Source: an uncultured Gammaproteobacteria bacterium
GTDB lineage: Bacteria > Patescibacteriota > Patescibacteriia > UBA1558 > 2-01-FULL-52-15
Reading direction: 5' to 3'
DNA length: 64,000 bases
Assembly: GCA_964422585.1 (NCBI GenBank)
Contig: CAYRBH010000004.1
Coordinates: 886 to 64,885 of the forward strand
Numbering within the stretch: position 1 is the first letter of the stretch; each line of letters begins with the position of its first letter. This document shows, piece after piece, positions 8,864-19,165 of this stretch. The notes beneath the pieces are model-generated. The model saw nothing but the letters and a program-made list of their open reading frames with translations. It did not search any database and was not told the DNA's origin. A program made the position numbers and the translations under genes.

Positions 8864-10687
8864 TTATGCTGCAGCCAGCAGCTGCTCGAACTCTTCTTTT
8901 TCTAGGGTTTCTTTCACCAAGAGCGTCTGCGCTATCTTCTCTAGTTTCGCGCGTTGCTCGGTGATAACATGCTCGGCTGTCTTGAAGGCTGTTTTGATCA
9001 AGGCGAGGATGGCATTGTCGATCGCCTCGGCTGTCTTCTCACTATAATCCCTTCGCTCATGAATCTCTCGACCAAGGAATATCATTTCCTCTTTCTCGCC
9101 ATAGGTGCGAGGACCCATCTCTTCGCTCATGCCGAATTGGGTAATGAGCTGCCGCGCGAGAGAAGTCGCTTTCTTGAGGTCGCTTGAGGCGCCAGTGGTA
9201 ACTTCGCCGAAGATTTTCTTCTCGGTCACATGACCGGCGAGCAGCACCGCAAGATCATCGATGAATTCTGACTTTGCGTGATAGCGTTTGTCCTCGCTCG
9301 GTAATTTCAAGGTATACCCGCCAGCACGACCGCGTGAGATAATGGATATCTTGTGCACCGGGTCAGCATTCGGGAGCATATGCGCTACTAAGGCATGTCC
9401 TGCCTCGTGATAGGCGGTGATCTTCTTCTCTTTGTCAGACATGATCGAGCTTCGACGCTCAGGTCCGAGTATGACTTTCTCGATGGCTTCGAGCATATAC
9501 CGCTGGTCAATGGTTTTCTTATTATCTCGGCCGGACATGATCGCGGCCTCATTCAGGACATTCGCGAGATCCGCGCCCGAGAATCCGACAGTGCGCTGCG
9601 CGACCATGGTGAGGTTGATATTTTCAGCGAATGGTTTTCCTTTCGCGTGTATCGCGAGTATCGCCTCACGCTCTTTGATATCAGGAAGGTCGATGGTAAC
9701 TTGCCGGTCGAAGCGGCCAGGTCGCAGTAGAGCTGGGTCGAGGATATCCGGTCTATTGGTTGCGGCTACGACGATGATATTGGTCTGATTATCGAAACCA
9801 TCCATTTCGACGAGGATCTGGTTCAAGGTCTGTTCCCGTTCATCATGACTCCCGCCAAGTCCTGCGCCGCGTTGTCGTCCGACGGCATCGAGCTCATCGA
9901 TGAAGATGATGCAGGGGGATTGCTTCTTCGCTTTACGGAACAGATCGCGTACGCGAGAAGCGCCCACTCCCACGAACATCTCGACGAATTCAGATCCGCT
10001 AATATGGAAGAAAGGGACCGCTGCTTCGCCAGCGATAGCGCGGGCGAGAAGTGTCTTACCAGTGCCAGGAGGTCCTACCAGCAGGACGCCTTTCGGTATC
10101 TTGGCTCCAAGGGATATGAATTTCTGTGGTTTCCGTAAGAATTCGACGATCTCGGAGAGTTCTACTTTCGCTTCTTTCGATCCGGCTACGTCCTTGAAGG
10201 TTACTTTATTCTTGGTCTGCGGCTGGAACTGCTTTGCATTCGCTTGGCCGAACATCATAGCCTTGGAATTAGCACCCTGTATCTGCCGCATCATCATCCA
10301 GATGAAGAATCCGATGATGAGTATCGGCAGGACGATGGGCAGGAGTGTCCAGAGCCAGAAGCTGGTGCTGGTCTCGCTCTTCACTGTGATATTGAGCTTG
10401 GCAAGCTTATCGGGAGCGACACCGAAATTTGAGAGCAGAGTGCTCAGGGATTCGGTCGGTTCTTTGTAGGTACGTTCCGTTGTGCTGTTATCAGTAAGTT
10501 TGACCGTAAGTTTGTCGCCATCAACTTCTATCATCTTCACCTTTTCCTGATTGATCTGATTGACAAGCGTCGCCACATCGACATCCGTGGCAGTCGGTTT
10601 GTCCAGGGTGAAAAGGCTCAGGGCGCTTGCGACCAATAAGAAGACCAGCGTGAAGGTCACTATGTTTTTGAACAGATTGTTTTTCAT
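8864..10687 (-). CDS. ftsH: ATP-dependent zinc metalloprotease FtsH
   Basis: N-terminal TM helices, the AAA+ motif [21 protein letters not shown], and the HEAGHA zinc-binding motif. Confidence 0.93.
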   Translation of the reverse strand: MKNNLFKNIVTFTLVFLLVASALSLFTLDKPTATDVDVATLVNQINQEKVKMIEVDGDKLTVKLTDNSTTERTYKEPTESLSTLLSNFGVAPDKLAKLNITVKSETSTSFWLWTLLPIVLPILIIGFFIWMMMRQIQGANSKAMMFGQANAKQFQPQTKNKVTFKDVAGSKEAKVELSEIVEFLRKPQKFISLGAKIPKGVLLVGPPGTGKTLLARAIAGEAAVPFFHISGSEFVEMFVGVGASRVRDLFRKAKKQSPCIIFIDELDAVGRQRGAGLGGSHDEREQTLNQILVEMDGFDNQTNIIVVAATNRPDILDPALLRPGRFDRQVTIDLPDIKEREAILAIHAKGKPFAENINLTMVAQRTVGFSGADLANVLNEAAIMSGRDNKKTIDQRYMLEAIEKVILGPERRSSIMSDKEKKITAYHEAGHALVAHMLPNADPVHKISIISRGRAGGYTLKLPSEDKRYHAKSEFIDDLAVLLAGHVTEKKIFGEVTTGASSDLKKATSLARQLITQFGMSEEMGPRTYGEKEEMIFLGREIHERRDYSEKTAEAIDNAILALIKTAFKTAEHVITEQRAKLEKIAQTLLVKETLEKEEFEQLLAAA

Positions 10688-10710
10688 AGATGCTTGTTGG
10701 TGAGTAGCAG

Positions 10711-11940
10711 CTACTCTTTTGCTGGAGCGTCAGCCGCAGCTTGTTCGTCGGCTGCTGCTTGTTCCGTTTTCGTACTCGCTTTTTCTTTTGCTTTTTTCAG
10801 AGAGAGGCCGAGGCGGTGGTCATTCGGTTCGATGCTCACTATCTTGAAGGTGTAGCTTTCACCGATCTTTACGACTTCATCAGGACTTTTGATAGTTTTG
10901 GCTGAGAGCTCGGAGATATGCGCGAGTCCATGGATATCTTCATCAAGCTCCACGAAAGCGCCGAATGGATTGGTCTTGAGTATCTTGCCTTTGACGAGGT
11001 CACCGATTTTATATTTTGCGGCAACTTCTTTCCAGGGATCGGTCTTCAGCTTCTTCATCGAGAGCGAGACTTTCGTATCCTGTATCGAGATAATCTCGGC
11101 TTCGACGACATCGCCGACCTTCACGATCTGCTTCGGGTCATCGATACGCTGCCAGGCAAGCTCAGAGATATGGATAAGACCCTCGAGTCCATCGCCGAAC
11201 TCTATAAATGCGCCGAAGTCAACGACGCCCGTGATTTTACCTTTGACCTTGTCGCCAACCTTATACTGCGCGAGAACGGCTTTCTGTTTGACATCCCAGG
11301 CTGCTTTCTCGGAAACGATCAGCTTCTCATCGCGTTCATTGACGTCGATGATCTTAGTTTTCATCGCTTTGTTTACGAAAGTCTTCAAATAAGCCAGGAT
11401 CTTGTTCTTATCGCCGCCTTCGATGCGAGGATAATTTTCGGTCGTGAGCTGTGAAACCGGCAAAAAACCCATGACATTACCGACCTTGACCATGAGGCCA
11501 CCTTTGTTCGCGTCAACGATCTTGCTTTCGACGATGGAACCATCGCGCATCAGCTTCTCGAGATCATCCCAGGCTTTCTGGTGACCAGCTTGGCGGAAGG
11601 AGAGTTCCATTTCGCCGCGTTCATTCTCGAGCTCGACGACGGTAGCGATAGCTTTGTCGCCGACTTTGAGCCCCGCTGAATTATCTGACTCATCTTCTAA
11701 TTCTTTACCACGAACGACGCCGGTCGTGAGACCCGCAATATCAAGATACACTTCGCTCTTCGAAGCGCTGATAACGGTCCCTTCGACCAGATCTCCTGGT
11801 TTTGGGAAATTGAGAGAATCTCCCTTACTTTTCAAGAGTGTGTCCATTTCACGGACTGCCAACTCTTTTTCTTCAGTATGTACTTTCGTTGTCATATATG
11901 TGTGATGCCTCAGATTCTTGTAGTGAGAACCTCGTGGCAC
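10711..11940 (-). CDS. rpsA: 30S ribosomal protein S1 (4 S1 domains, short form)
   Basis: Repeated S1 OB-fold signatures (GxV.G.V....fGaFV.l..g..GL.HiSe). 409 aa with an Ala/Glu-rich C-terminal tail. Confidence 0.85.
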   Translation of the reverse strand: MPRGSHYKNLRHHTYMTTKVHTEEKELAVREMDTLLKSKGDSLNFPKPGDLVEGTVISASKSEVYLDIAGLTTGVVRGKELEDESDNSAGLKVGDKAIATVVELENERGEMELSFRQAGHQKAWDDLEKLMRDGSIVESKIVDANKGGLMVKVGNVMGFLPVSQLTTENYPRIEGGDKNKILAYLKTFVNKAMKTKIIDVNERDEKLIVSEKAAWDVKQKAVLAQYKVGDKVKGKITGVVDFGAFIEFGDGLEGLIHISELAWQRIDDPKQIVKVGDVVEAEIISIQDTKVSLSMKKLKTDPWKEVAAKYKIGDLVKGKILKTNPFGAFVELDEDIHGLAHISELSAKTIKSPDEVVKIGESYTFKIVSIEPNDHRLGLSLKKAKEKASTKTEQAAADEQAAADAPAKE

Positions 11941-12068
11941 CCATTAACCCATAGACCCGCAGGACTATAAGTTCTTATAAGGTCCAGATGACCTGATAAG
12001 ATTGTGTATTAATAAGCTGGCATACTGTACCTTAGTTCCTTACTTTTGGCAAGAGTCATACTCTTTAG

Positions 12069-12111
12069 AAAAAAATGACGCCCCGTGCTGCTCTTTTCGG
12101 GCAGGGGCGTC
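12069..12111 (-). terminator. Intrinsic terminator of the sigma gene (the hairpin overlaps the stop codon and is followed by T7 on the minus strand)
   Basis: Stem gacgcccc/ggggcgtc with an internal loop. The plus strand shows aaaaaaa immediately 5' of the stem. Confidence 0.6.
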
Positions 12112-13204
12112 ATGGGATGTAGTCGGCGGGACCAAAATCGATATCCCTGGAAGGACCTTCGGTCGCAGTTTGTCGCGACCCTTCTTCGAGTTGTTGTTTG
12201 CGTTCGTATGCAGCCCGGCGCTGTGCGGCTTTTTCAGCGAAGATCCGGTCGACTTCATCTGCTTGCGCGATTCGTCTTTGCGCTTCTTCCTCTTTTTTGA
12301 GCTTTTCCTTCTTGGCGCGTTCTTGAGCCTCGAATGCCTCAAGTCGTCGGCGAAGCTTGCCAAGCGCTACTGCTTCGATCTGTCGGACCCGTTCTCGAGA
12401 GAGATGTACTTGCTCGCCGATTTCTTTCAAGCTCCGTGAGGTTGCGTCACCCAGGCCGAACCGGAGCATTACAATTTTCTGTTCAATCCATGTGAGCTCT
12501 TCACCTAGAAACATGCGTAGCTGATCGTGCGCTTCTGCCCGAATCACGGAATCTAGCGGTGACCTCTCCTGTTCCGCAAGCGAGTCTCCAATGGTTCGGT
12601 CATCATCTGGTCTGATCTGATCCTCGAGTCGGTTGATCATGTAGTCGGCGGGAGTCTCTTCGTAGACGATCCTGACCTTCTCTCTCGTGAGGCCTAGTTT
12701 GCGCCCGAGCTCCTCGTAGGTTGCCTTGCGTCCGAAGGATGCTTGGCGTATCTCGCTCGCGAGGCGGAACACCATGCTTGACCGTTGCCGTTGATGGATC
12801 GGTATGCGGACGATATCCTGTTGTAGATGCAGAGCATTCCGCATACACTTGCGTATCCACCACGTCGCATAGGTGACGAACTTCGTGCCTTTAGCGCTTT
12901 TAACCCGTTTGGATGCCTCCTCAAGACCCATGGCCCCTTCATTGAAGAGGTCTTCGAATGGAAGGCCCTTGCCTCGGAATTCTTTACTAACCGCCACGAC
13001 CATTCTCAGGTTGTGAAGCACAAGCGCATGTTGCGCCGCCGCATCGCCATGCTCCGCGCGCCGCAGGACCTCGACTTCCTCCTCTCTGCTCATAAGAGGA
13101 TACTTATGAACGATTTTCATGATGTGCCCCGACGATGAGCCGGTGTAGTCATGTTCGCGACCGGAGGTTTTGGCACCCCGGTCTTTGTCCCTGGGTTCGC
13201 TCAT
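12110..13204 (-). CDS. Second RNA polymerase sigma-70 family factor with an about 80-aa charged coiled-coil C-terminal extension
   Basis: Region 2 (LVLHNLRMVVAVSKEF...YATWWIRKCMRNAL) and region 4 HTH (LKEIGEQVHLSRERVRQIEAVALGKLR) are present. Primary rpoD is separately present at 63461. The ORF track starts at 13300, but a perfect 10-bp hairpin (gcctgcctgc tt gcaggcaggc, 13222–13243) lies in that leader, so Met at 13204 (MSEPRD) is preferred. The gene is about 60% GC. Confidence 0.8.
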   Translation of the reverse strand: MSEPRDKDRGAKTSGREHDYTGSSSGHIMKIVHKYPLMSREEEVEVLRRAEHGDAAAQHALVLHNLRMVVAVSKEFRGKGLPFEDLFNEGAMGLEEASKRVKSAKGTKFVTYATWWIRKCMRNALHLQQDIVRIPIHQRQRSSMVFRLASEIRQASFGRKATYEELGRKLGLTREKVRIVYEETPADYMINRLEDQIRPDDDRTIGDSLAEQERSPLDSVIRAEAHDQLRMFLGEELTWIEQKIVMLRFGLGDATSRSLKEIGEQVHLSRERVRQIEAVALGKLRRRLEAFEAQERAKKEKLKKEEEAQRRIAQADEVDRIFAEKAAQRRAAYERKQQLEEGSRQTATEGPSRDIDFGPADYIP

Positions 13205-13436
13205 AGACCTCCTGGTTTGTGTGCCTGCCTGCTTGCAGGCAGGGCTTTCGCCGCTGGTTTTGGAAAGGACAATCTGCCCGCTAACTTCTACTATATTCAT
13301 CTAATTTTAGCAAGTAGTTAGAGCGATGTTTGCCCTGCTGAAAGGTGTTTACTTTGGCTCCGTTTTATGCTAAAGTTAGATAGTTAAAATGGCTTTTTTG
13401 GTGACGATTTTTTATTAGTATTCACTTGAACAGACA

Positions 13437-14033
13437 ATGCAAATCTCATGGTTAGGATATGGCGCGTTCAGGCTTCAGAGTGATGGCACAGTTGTCATCA
13501 TAAACCCGGTCGATCCTGATCTTGGCTTCAAAATAAATAAGCAAGGTGCTGATATCCTGGTGACCACTACTGATGCTGCGACAGCGGCTGAGGCTATCAG
13601 TGGCTCTCCGTTTGTCATCGATGGTCCTGGTGAGTATGAGGTACGATCGGTCTTTACCTATGGCGTGGCTTCTCATAGCTCTACGCTCTATATGATAAAG
13701 ATGGATGATGTCAGTATTGCCTATATTGGACCGGTCAAAATAAAAGAGCTGAGCGATACGGAGCTGGCCGTACTTGAAGGAGCTGATATTCTGATACTAC
13801 CGGTCGGTGGCGGTTTGGGCACAGGACCCAAAGAGGCCGCGGCGATCATCAATCAGATCGAACCAAGGATCGTCATTCCTTCATACTATAAGATATCGGG
13901 CAGCAAGGGGCTCGAAAGCATAGAGTCGTTCTTGAAAGAATATTCAGCTCCCCATGAAACAATGGAGAAACTGAAGGTCAGTAAGAAAGAGCTGTTGTCA
14001 GAAGATACCAAGGTGGTCGTTCTGAAGAATTAA
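13437..14033 (+). CDS. Metallo-beta-lactamase-fold (UPF0173-like) protein, apparently lacking the HxHxDH metal site
   Basis: The N-terminus [26 protein letters not shown] matches the MBL-fold start, but no HxHxDH motif is found in the 198 aa. Confidence 0.45.
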   Translation: MQISWLGYGAFRLQSDGTVVIINPVDPDLGFKINKQGADILVTTTDAATAAEAISGSPFVIDGPGEYEVRSVFTYGVASHSSTLYMIKMDDVSIAYIGPVKIKELSDTELAVLEGADILILPVGGGLGTGPKEAAAIINQIEPRIVIPSYYKISGSKGLESIESFLKEYSAPHETMEKLKVSKKELLSEDTKVVVLKN

Positions 14034-14034
14034 T

Positions 14035-16521
14035 ATGGCTGCAAAAAGTAAAAAAGCGACCGAGTCCACCGAACTTGAGGCCCCACGGCATCAGGTGTCA
14101 GAGCAGTCCATCGTGCAGGAGATGGAGGTTTCGTACTTGGACTATGCGATGAGCGTCATCGTGGCGCGGGCTTTACCTGATGTGCGTGATGGTATGAAGC
14201 CGGTGCATCGTCGTATCCTGTATGCGATGTGGACGCTGGGTTTGCGAGCAGGCGGACGTTTCAGGAAATCAGCGACCGTCGTCGGTGAAGTGCTCGGTAA
14301 GTATCATCCGCATGGCGACTCAGCGGTGTATGATTCTATGGTCCGCATGGCGCAAGATTTCGCGATGCGGTATCCGCTCGTGCATGGGCAGGGCAACTTC
14401 GGCTCGATGGACGGGGATAATGCAGCAGCGATGCGCTACACCGAGGCGAAGCTCTACGGCATCGCTGAAGAATTACTTTTTGATATTGAGAAGAACACCG
14501 TCAATTTTGTCCCGAACTATGATAACTCGCAGAAAGAACCTGAGGTGCTCCCTGCGAAATTACCGAACTTATTGTTGAATGGTGGCGTCGGCATCGCGGT
14601 CGGTATGGCCACCAATATCCCGCCGCATAATTTGAAAGAGCTGGTCGTGGCTATCCTGCACCTGATGAAGCACCCGGACGCATCGGTCGATGACCTGATG
14701 GAATTCGTGAAAGGTCCCGATTTCCCGACGGGCGGCGTCATCTATGATATACGCGAGATCAAGGCCGCCTACTCGACCGGCAAAGGTAAGATAGTGATGC
14801 GGGGTGAGGCTGAGATCACGGAACTGAAGAACGGGCAATTCTCCATTGTCATTAGCTCGGTGCCGTATCAGGTGAACAAAGCTTCGATGATCGAGAAAAT
14901 GGCTGAACTGGTTCGCGATAAGAAGATCGAAGGCATCAAGGATATACGTGACGAGTCCAATAAGGACGGCGTCAGGATAGTCATCGAACTGAAGAAAGAT
15001 ACCTATCCAAAGAAGATCCTAAACAATCTGTATAAGTACACACAGCTGCAAGAATCCTTCCATGTGAATATGCTTGCGTTGGTGGACGGCATACAGCCGC
15101 GTGTCCTCACGCTGAAGAGCGCGCTCGAGGAATATATCAAGTATCGCAAAGAAGTCGTCCGTAAGCGGACACAGTTCGATCTGGATAAAGCAAAAGATAG
15201 GGCGCATATTCTCGAAGGTTTGTGCATTGCCTTGGATAAAATTGATGCGGTCATCAAGGTTATACGCGCTTCGAAGGATAAGGAAGTCGCGAAGACGAAT
15301 CTGATGCAGAAGTTCAAGCTGTCAGAGCGACAGGCTGTCGCTATCCTTGAAATGCGTTTGCAGAATCTGGCCAATCTAGAACGCCTGAAGATCGAGGGTG
15401 AATTGAAAGAGAAGAACGCTCTGATCAAAGAGCTGGAGTCGATACTGAAGAGCGCAGCGAAAATCATGCAGGTCATCGCTGATGACCTGACAGCTATGGG
15501 CGAGAAGTATGGCGATGAGCGCAGGACCAAGGTGGTCAAATCAGCGGTAGGCGAGATGTCGACAGAGGATCTCATCCCGAATGAAGCGACAATCGTGACC
15601 ATCACCCATGATGGCTATATTAAGCGTTTGTCACCAGACACCTTCAAGTCGCAGGGTCGTGGTGGTAAAGGTGTCATAGGTCTCACGACGAAAGAAGAGG
15701 ATGAGGTAGAACATTTCTTCAGCACGAATACGCATAATGATCTGATGTTCTTCACGAGTCGTGGCCGCGTTTTCCAGCTGAAGACCTATGAGATACCGCA
15801 GGCTTCGCGTACCGCTAAAGGTCAGAATATAGTGAACTTCCTGCAACTCGGACCTGAAGAGAAAGTAAGCTCAATCCTGACCGGTGAGGATTTCTCAGCA
15901 TTCAAATTTTTCATCATGGTCACGAGAGCCGGCATTATCAAGAAAGTTGAGATAGATAAATTTTCGAATGTGCGTCGCTCAGGACTTATCGCTTTGAAAC
16001 TCAAAGGAGACGATACGCTCGAATGGGTGAAGATGTCGTCGGGCGATGACGATGTCATGCTGATCTCGCATGATGGACAAGCGATACGCTTCAAAGAGAA
16101 GATGCTGCGGCCTATGGGCAGGAACGCTTCCGGTGTACGGGGTATGCGCCTGCGCAAAGGTGATACGGTAGTCGGTATGGATCTGGTCGCTGATGGTAAA
16201 GCGAAACCTTCTGAACAATTGCTGACCGTTATGGCTAATGGTTTCGGTAAGCGGACGAAGTTGACCGAGTATAAAGTACAGGGCAGGGGAGGTTCAGGCA
16301 TCAAGACAGCTCAGATCACTTCGAAAACTGGCGCTATCAGCTCAGCGATGATCGTTGACGGCAGCAGAGAGAAAGAGGATCTGATCATCATTTCGAAAAT
16401 GGGACAGGTTATACGACTGCCGATCGGCACCGTGAATAGTTCGGGTCGCGCCACACAGGGCGTCAGACTAATGCGCTTCAAGGATCCGAAGGATCAGATC
16501 TCCAATGTGGTGCTGATTTAA
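14035..16521 (+). CDS. gyrA: DNA gyrase subunit A
   Basis: [29 protein letters not shown] includes the active-site Tyr region. 828 aa with C-terminal beta-pinwheel repeats. Confidence 0.93.
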   Translation: MAAKSKKATESTELEAPRHQVSEQSIVQEMEVSYLDYAMSVIVARALPDVRDGMKPVHRRILYAMWTLGLRAGGRFRKSATVVGEVLGKYHPHGDSAVYDSMVRMAQDFAMRYPLVHGQGNFGSMDGDNAAAMRYTEAKLYGIAEELLFDIEKNTVNFVPNYDNSQKEPEVLPAKLPNLLLNGGVGIAVGMATNIPPHNLKELVVAILHLMKHPDASVDDLMEFVKGPDFPTGGVIYDIREIKAAYSTGKGKIVMRGEAEITELKNGQFSIVISSVPYQVNKASMIEKMAELVRDKKIEGIKDIRDESNKDGVRIVIELKKDTYPKKILNNLYKYTQLQESFHVNMLALVDGIQPRVLTLKSALEEYIKYRKEVVRKRTQFDLDKAKDRAHILEGLCIALDKIDAVIKVIRASKDKEVAKTNLMQKFKLSERQAVAILEMRLQNLANLERLKIEGELKEKNALIKELESILKSAAKIMQVIADDLTAMGEKYGDERRTKVVKSAVGEMSTEDLIPNEATIVTITHDGYIKRLSPDTFKSQGRGGKGVIGLTTKEEDEVEHFFSTNTHNDLMFFTSRGRVFQLKTYEIPQASRTAKGQNIVNFLQLGPEEKVSSILTGEDFSAFKFFIMVTRAGIIKKVEIDKFSNVRRSGLIALKLKGDDTLEWVKMSSGDDDVMLISHDGQAIRFKEKMLRPMGRNASGVRGMRLRKGDTVVGMDLVADGKAKPSEQLLTVMANGFGKRTKLTEYKVQGRGGSGIKTAQITSKTGAISSAMIVDGSREKEDLIIISKMGQVIRLPIGTVNSSGRATQGVRLMRFKDPKDQISNVVLI

Positions 16522-16533
16522 GAACAGTTCCAG

Positions 16534-16932
16534 GTGTGCTACACTATGGGTATGAAGTTTCGCGCTGATACTATTCTTGCAGCATTTGTGGTGGCATTGT
16601 TCTCGTCATTCCTGACGGCATTAGCCGTACTGCTGGTCCGGACGCTTGCCGTCTCCACTTTTAAGATCAAGTTCATAGGCGACCTGATCGTCAATATTTA
16701 CATCCTTTTTTTCTTGAGCGCGTTTGTGTTCTTCAAAGGCTCGACCTTGGCAGCATGGCTGGTGTATCGCCATGATGTTGCCTGGGGCTACAAGTTGGAG
16801 ATGAATAAGGTGTGGCCGATCTTCGCTATGTCATTCGGGATGGCAGCAGTCATATTCCTGGCCATTTATCTCTATACGACATCTGAGATCAAATTGCTGG
16901 CATATCTTGATAATGTCAGCCCTCTTTTTTAG
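16534..16932 (+). CDS. Small hypothetical membrane protein (4 TM helices)
   Basis: Hydrophobic 132-aa ORF located directly after gyrA. Confidence 0.4.
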   Translation: MCYTMGMKFRADTILAAFVVALFSSFLTALAVLLVRTLAVSTFKIKFIGDLIVNIYILFFLSAFVFFKGSTLAAWLVYRHDVAWGYKLEMNKVWPIFAMSFGMAAVIFLAIYLYTTSEIKLLAYLDNVSPLF

Positions 16933-17044
16933 GTTTTAACATCAGCTAGTTATTGACACAATCGTTATATTATGTTATTTTATTGTGTCCTGTTTCGCAA
17001 TCCCTTTTCATATCCAACCGGCTCATAAGCCGAGGAGGCCCCCC

Positions 17045-18283
17045 GTGCGAAAGGAATCGTTCATTGCAATAGGAATCGTTTCTGCGCTCTGCGCGAGCGC
17101 AGCGCTGGCTGCGCCGAAGGAAGTGAAGCTTCCGCCGATCCCGGACCATCCTTTGGTCTGTCACATCGGCGCGAATCCGGTCAATCCTGACCGCGGCTAT
17201 GACCCGAAGATCGAGTTCCTCGTCTCTGTTTCCAGCTACACGTTGATCCCGACCATCGACCATGACGGCAAGATCACCTGGTGCAATCTGCAGCCAGGTG
17301 ACACGGTCGTCGCTCGGCTCGAGGACGGTCTGTGGATCAGGGTATACAAGTGCGGCAATGACATGTACGGTCCGCCGCATCATTCCCCGATCCCCGTGCC
17401 GCCGGTAACGCATGAGAGTTCCGGACCAAAACGGGCTTTACTGCAAGTGGTCAAGATCGTCATCAACCATGGCGGCAACAAGACGGACAAGGACGCGCTG
17501 CTCTATGTCGATCGGCTCACTAAGGTCTATTCGGGAGAGATCAACGCGTTCGAGCCGGGTCCGCATGTCGTTTCAGAAGTGATGTGGCCGAACCCGTATG
17601 TCGCCAGGTTCAGCGGCGATTGTGACGCTGATGGAGCAGTGACTCTCGTCGCTGGCGAAACCAAGCGTTGCACGATCACCAACGAGGAGGGTGAACCGCG
17701 AAAGATAAGGGTGCTCACCTCCGTCAAGAAGCTGGAGCAGGTGCGCGGCTTCCTAGGACCGGTCATCGGCCACGAAACCACGCCAGGGACTCCCTTCGTC
17801 GATCGAGAAGGACTTGGTGGTGGTATCATCACTCGGCTCGGGATTTTCCAGACCGACCTCTTGCTTCGGCACAAGCCGAAGCGCAGTGACACCGTCACGA
17901 TACCCGCATGTTGGGAGTCTCAGGCAAAGGGCCTTCCGATGGACTGGCCATGTCTGACGGCGACCTTCAATCGTTCTGGAGAGGATGGCGGCACGGAGCT
18001 GAAAGTACAGTTCGCGTGGCGATATCTCTTCCAGTCCGGTTGGTTCCTGGGACCTACGGTCGGTCTTCACGAAGGAGGCCTTGGCGGCGGCGTGATCACA
18101 CATGCCGGCATCTTCCAGGGCGATCTGCTCAGTACCCACGTGCCGGGCCAGGCAGGCTTTACGCAAAGTGTCGATGTCTGCTGGTACGGCGGCACGCAGT
18201 GTAAGACTTTCACCCATGACTGGGAGGCGACCCCGAGTACACATGAAGTCGCCGTTCAGTTCGCATGGCGCTACGTCTTCTGA
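17045..18283 (+). CDS. Secreted hypothetical protein with a signal peptide and two C-terminal internal repeats of about 75 aa
   Basis: GTG start at 17045 preceded by GAGGAGG. Signal-peptide-like N-terminus IAIGIVSALCASAALAAP. Repeats GLGGG(I/V)IT..GIFQ.DLL and (V)QFAWRY(L/V)F each occur twice. About 60–68% GC versus about 45–52% in the flanks. Confidence 0.6.
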   Translation: MRKESFIAIGIVSALCASAALAAPKEVKLPPIPDHPLVCHIGANPVNPDRGYDPKIEFLVSVSSYTLIPTIDHDGKITWCNLQPGDTVVARLEDGLWIRVYKCGNDMYGPPHHSPIPVPPVTHESSGPKRALLQVVKIVINHGGNKTDKDALLYVDRLTKVYSGEINAFEPGPHVVSEVMWPNPYVARFSGDCDADGAVTLVAGETKRCTITNEEGEPRKIRVLTSVKKLEQVRGFLGPVIGHETTPGTPFVDREGLGGGIITRLGIFQTDLLLRHKPKRSDTVTIPACWESQAKGLPMDWPCLTATFNRSGEDGGTELKVQFAWRYLFQSGWFLGPTVGLHEGGLGGGVITHAGIFQGDLLSTHVPGQAGFTQSVDVCWYGGTQCKTFTHDWEATPSTHEVAVQFAWRYVF

Positions 18284-18311
18284 TCCTACATTTCGACAGA
18301 AAGGTGGTTCC

Positions 18312-18644
18312 ATGGAAGCCCTGGAAGACATGACCGACGCCGATTGGCTTCGCCTGACTGGCATCAAGTTCAAACCCATCAGGATCATTGTCGAAGGTGG
18401 TCGAGTCATCGAGATCGAACGTACGGTAGTCGCGCCGAGCGGCTACGAGTACACCTTCAAGATCCGTCGCCCGGCTAAAGAGCCTGACGCGGATGACGGG
18501 TTGGTTCTTCAGCCGCTCGGCGGATTCGTGAATCCAAGTCGTGAGCAGGACCTCAAACTGTTCGCGATTCACCCGCCGAATCTGTTCCAACAGATCGTGG
18601 CTCTGATCGGCGACAAGATCGTCTTGAGCATGGATCTGGAGTAA
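18312..18644 (+). CDS. Hypothetical small protein (111 aa), GC-rich islet gene 2
   Basis: ATG at 18312 with AAGGTGG 5 nt upstream. Weakly similar in pattern to the next ORF (IRIIVEGGRVIEIER versus ERIITMRAGRAVVVEVR). Confidence 0.5.
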   Translation: MEALEDMTDADWLRLTGIKFKPIRIIVEGGRVIEIERTVVAPSGYEYTFKIRRPAKEPDADDGLVLQPLGGFVNPSREQDLKLFAIHPPNLFQQIVALIGDKIVLSMDLE

Positions 18645-18672
18645 CACGGCAGGGAGTGGACTCTGTAGTAGT

Positions 18673-19023
18673 TTGTCGGGGGGATCGAGGATTCTCGTGA
18701 GGGAGTACGTCGATCCTGATTCTGGACTTGAGCGCATCATCACGATGCGTGCAGGGCGCGCAGTAGTGGTAGAAGTTCGCTGTATCTGGGAAGGCAAGCG
18801 CTGGATCACGAAAGTCGAGCGCCTCTCGGACGGCAGTTTCAGGTCTTCGACCGGCACAGCCCTGCGCAGCTGGGGCGAACGGCACGGGAGCCTCGACGAG
18901 GCTCTGGATCAGTTGCCGCTGCATGTGCAGGCGAGCTGGCGGAGCCTCTTCCTCGCAGATCTCCTGACCGAGGATGAGATCCAACGGTTCGGGTTCATTC
19001 AGTACACCATCATCGTCGAGTAG
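18673..19023 (+). CDS. Hypothetical small protein (about 110 aa), possible paralogue of the preceding ORF
   Basis: Same strand and same GC-rich composition. Followed by a hairpin plus T-tract at 19044–19094. Confidence 0.45.
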   Translation: MSGGSRILVREYVDPDSGLERIITMRAGRAVVVEVRCIWEGKRWITKVERLSDGSFRSSTGTALRSWGERHGSLDEALDQLPLHVQASWRSLFLADLLTEDEIQRFGFIQYTIIVE

Positions 19024-19043
19024 GGGGCTCGACAGAAGAACAC

Positions 19044-19094
19044 GGGTCCGCTCTTTGTAACGTAACACGTTGCACTGGGCGGACCCTTTTCCTT
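19044..19094 (+). terminator. Intrinsic terminator closing the GC-rich 3-gene islet
   Basis: Stem gggtccgc...gcggaccc followed by ttttcctt. The loop is long (27 nt) and contains a sub-palindrome. Confidence 0.45.
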
Positions 19095-19165
19095 GAGCCT
19101 ATTTTTCTCGCTTTCTTGGCGGAAGGCAGGAGAGTTGCAGTAGCCTTGCCTAAGTCCTGCCGAAA

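Noticed and set aside
10889-11454. 167 and 178 aa plus-strand ORFs inside rpsA
   Set aside because: Antisense to a confident S1 gene; Ser-rich junk translation.
15003-16304. 200 and 160 aa minus-strand ORFs inside gyrA
   Set aside because: Antisense shadow ORFs within gyrA with no motifs.
17527-18857. Long minus-strand ORFs (123, 218, 215 aa) and the plus ORF 18102..18644 overlapping the GC-rich islet genes
   Set aside because: High GC suppresses stop codons in all frames. These translate to Arg/Pro/Ser-rich low-complexity sequence. The plus-strand frames have signal peptide, RBS and internal protein repeats. 18102..18644 is the correct frame only from ATG 18312.
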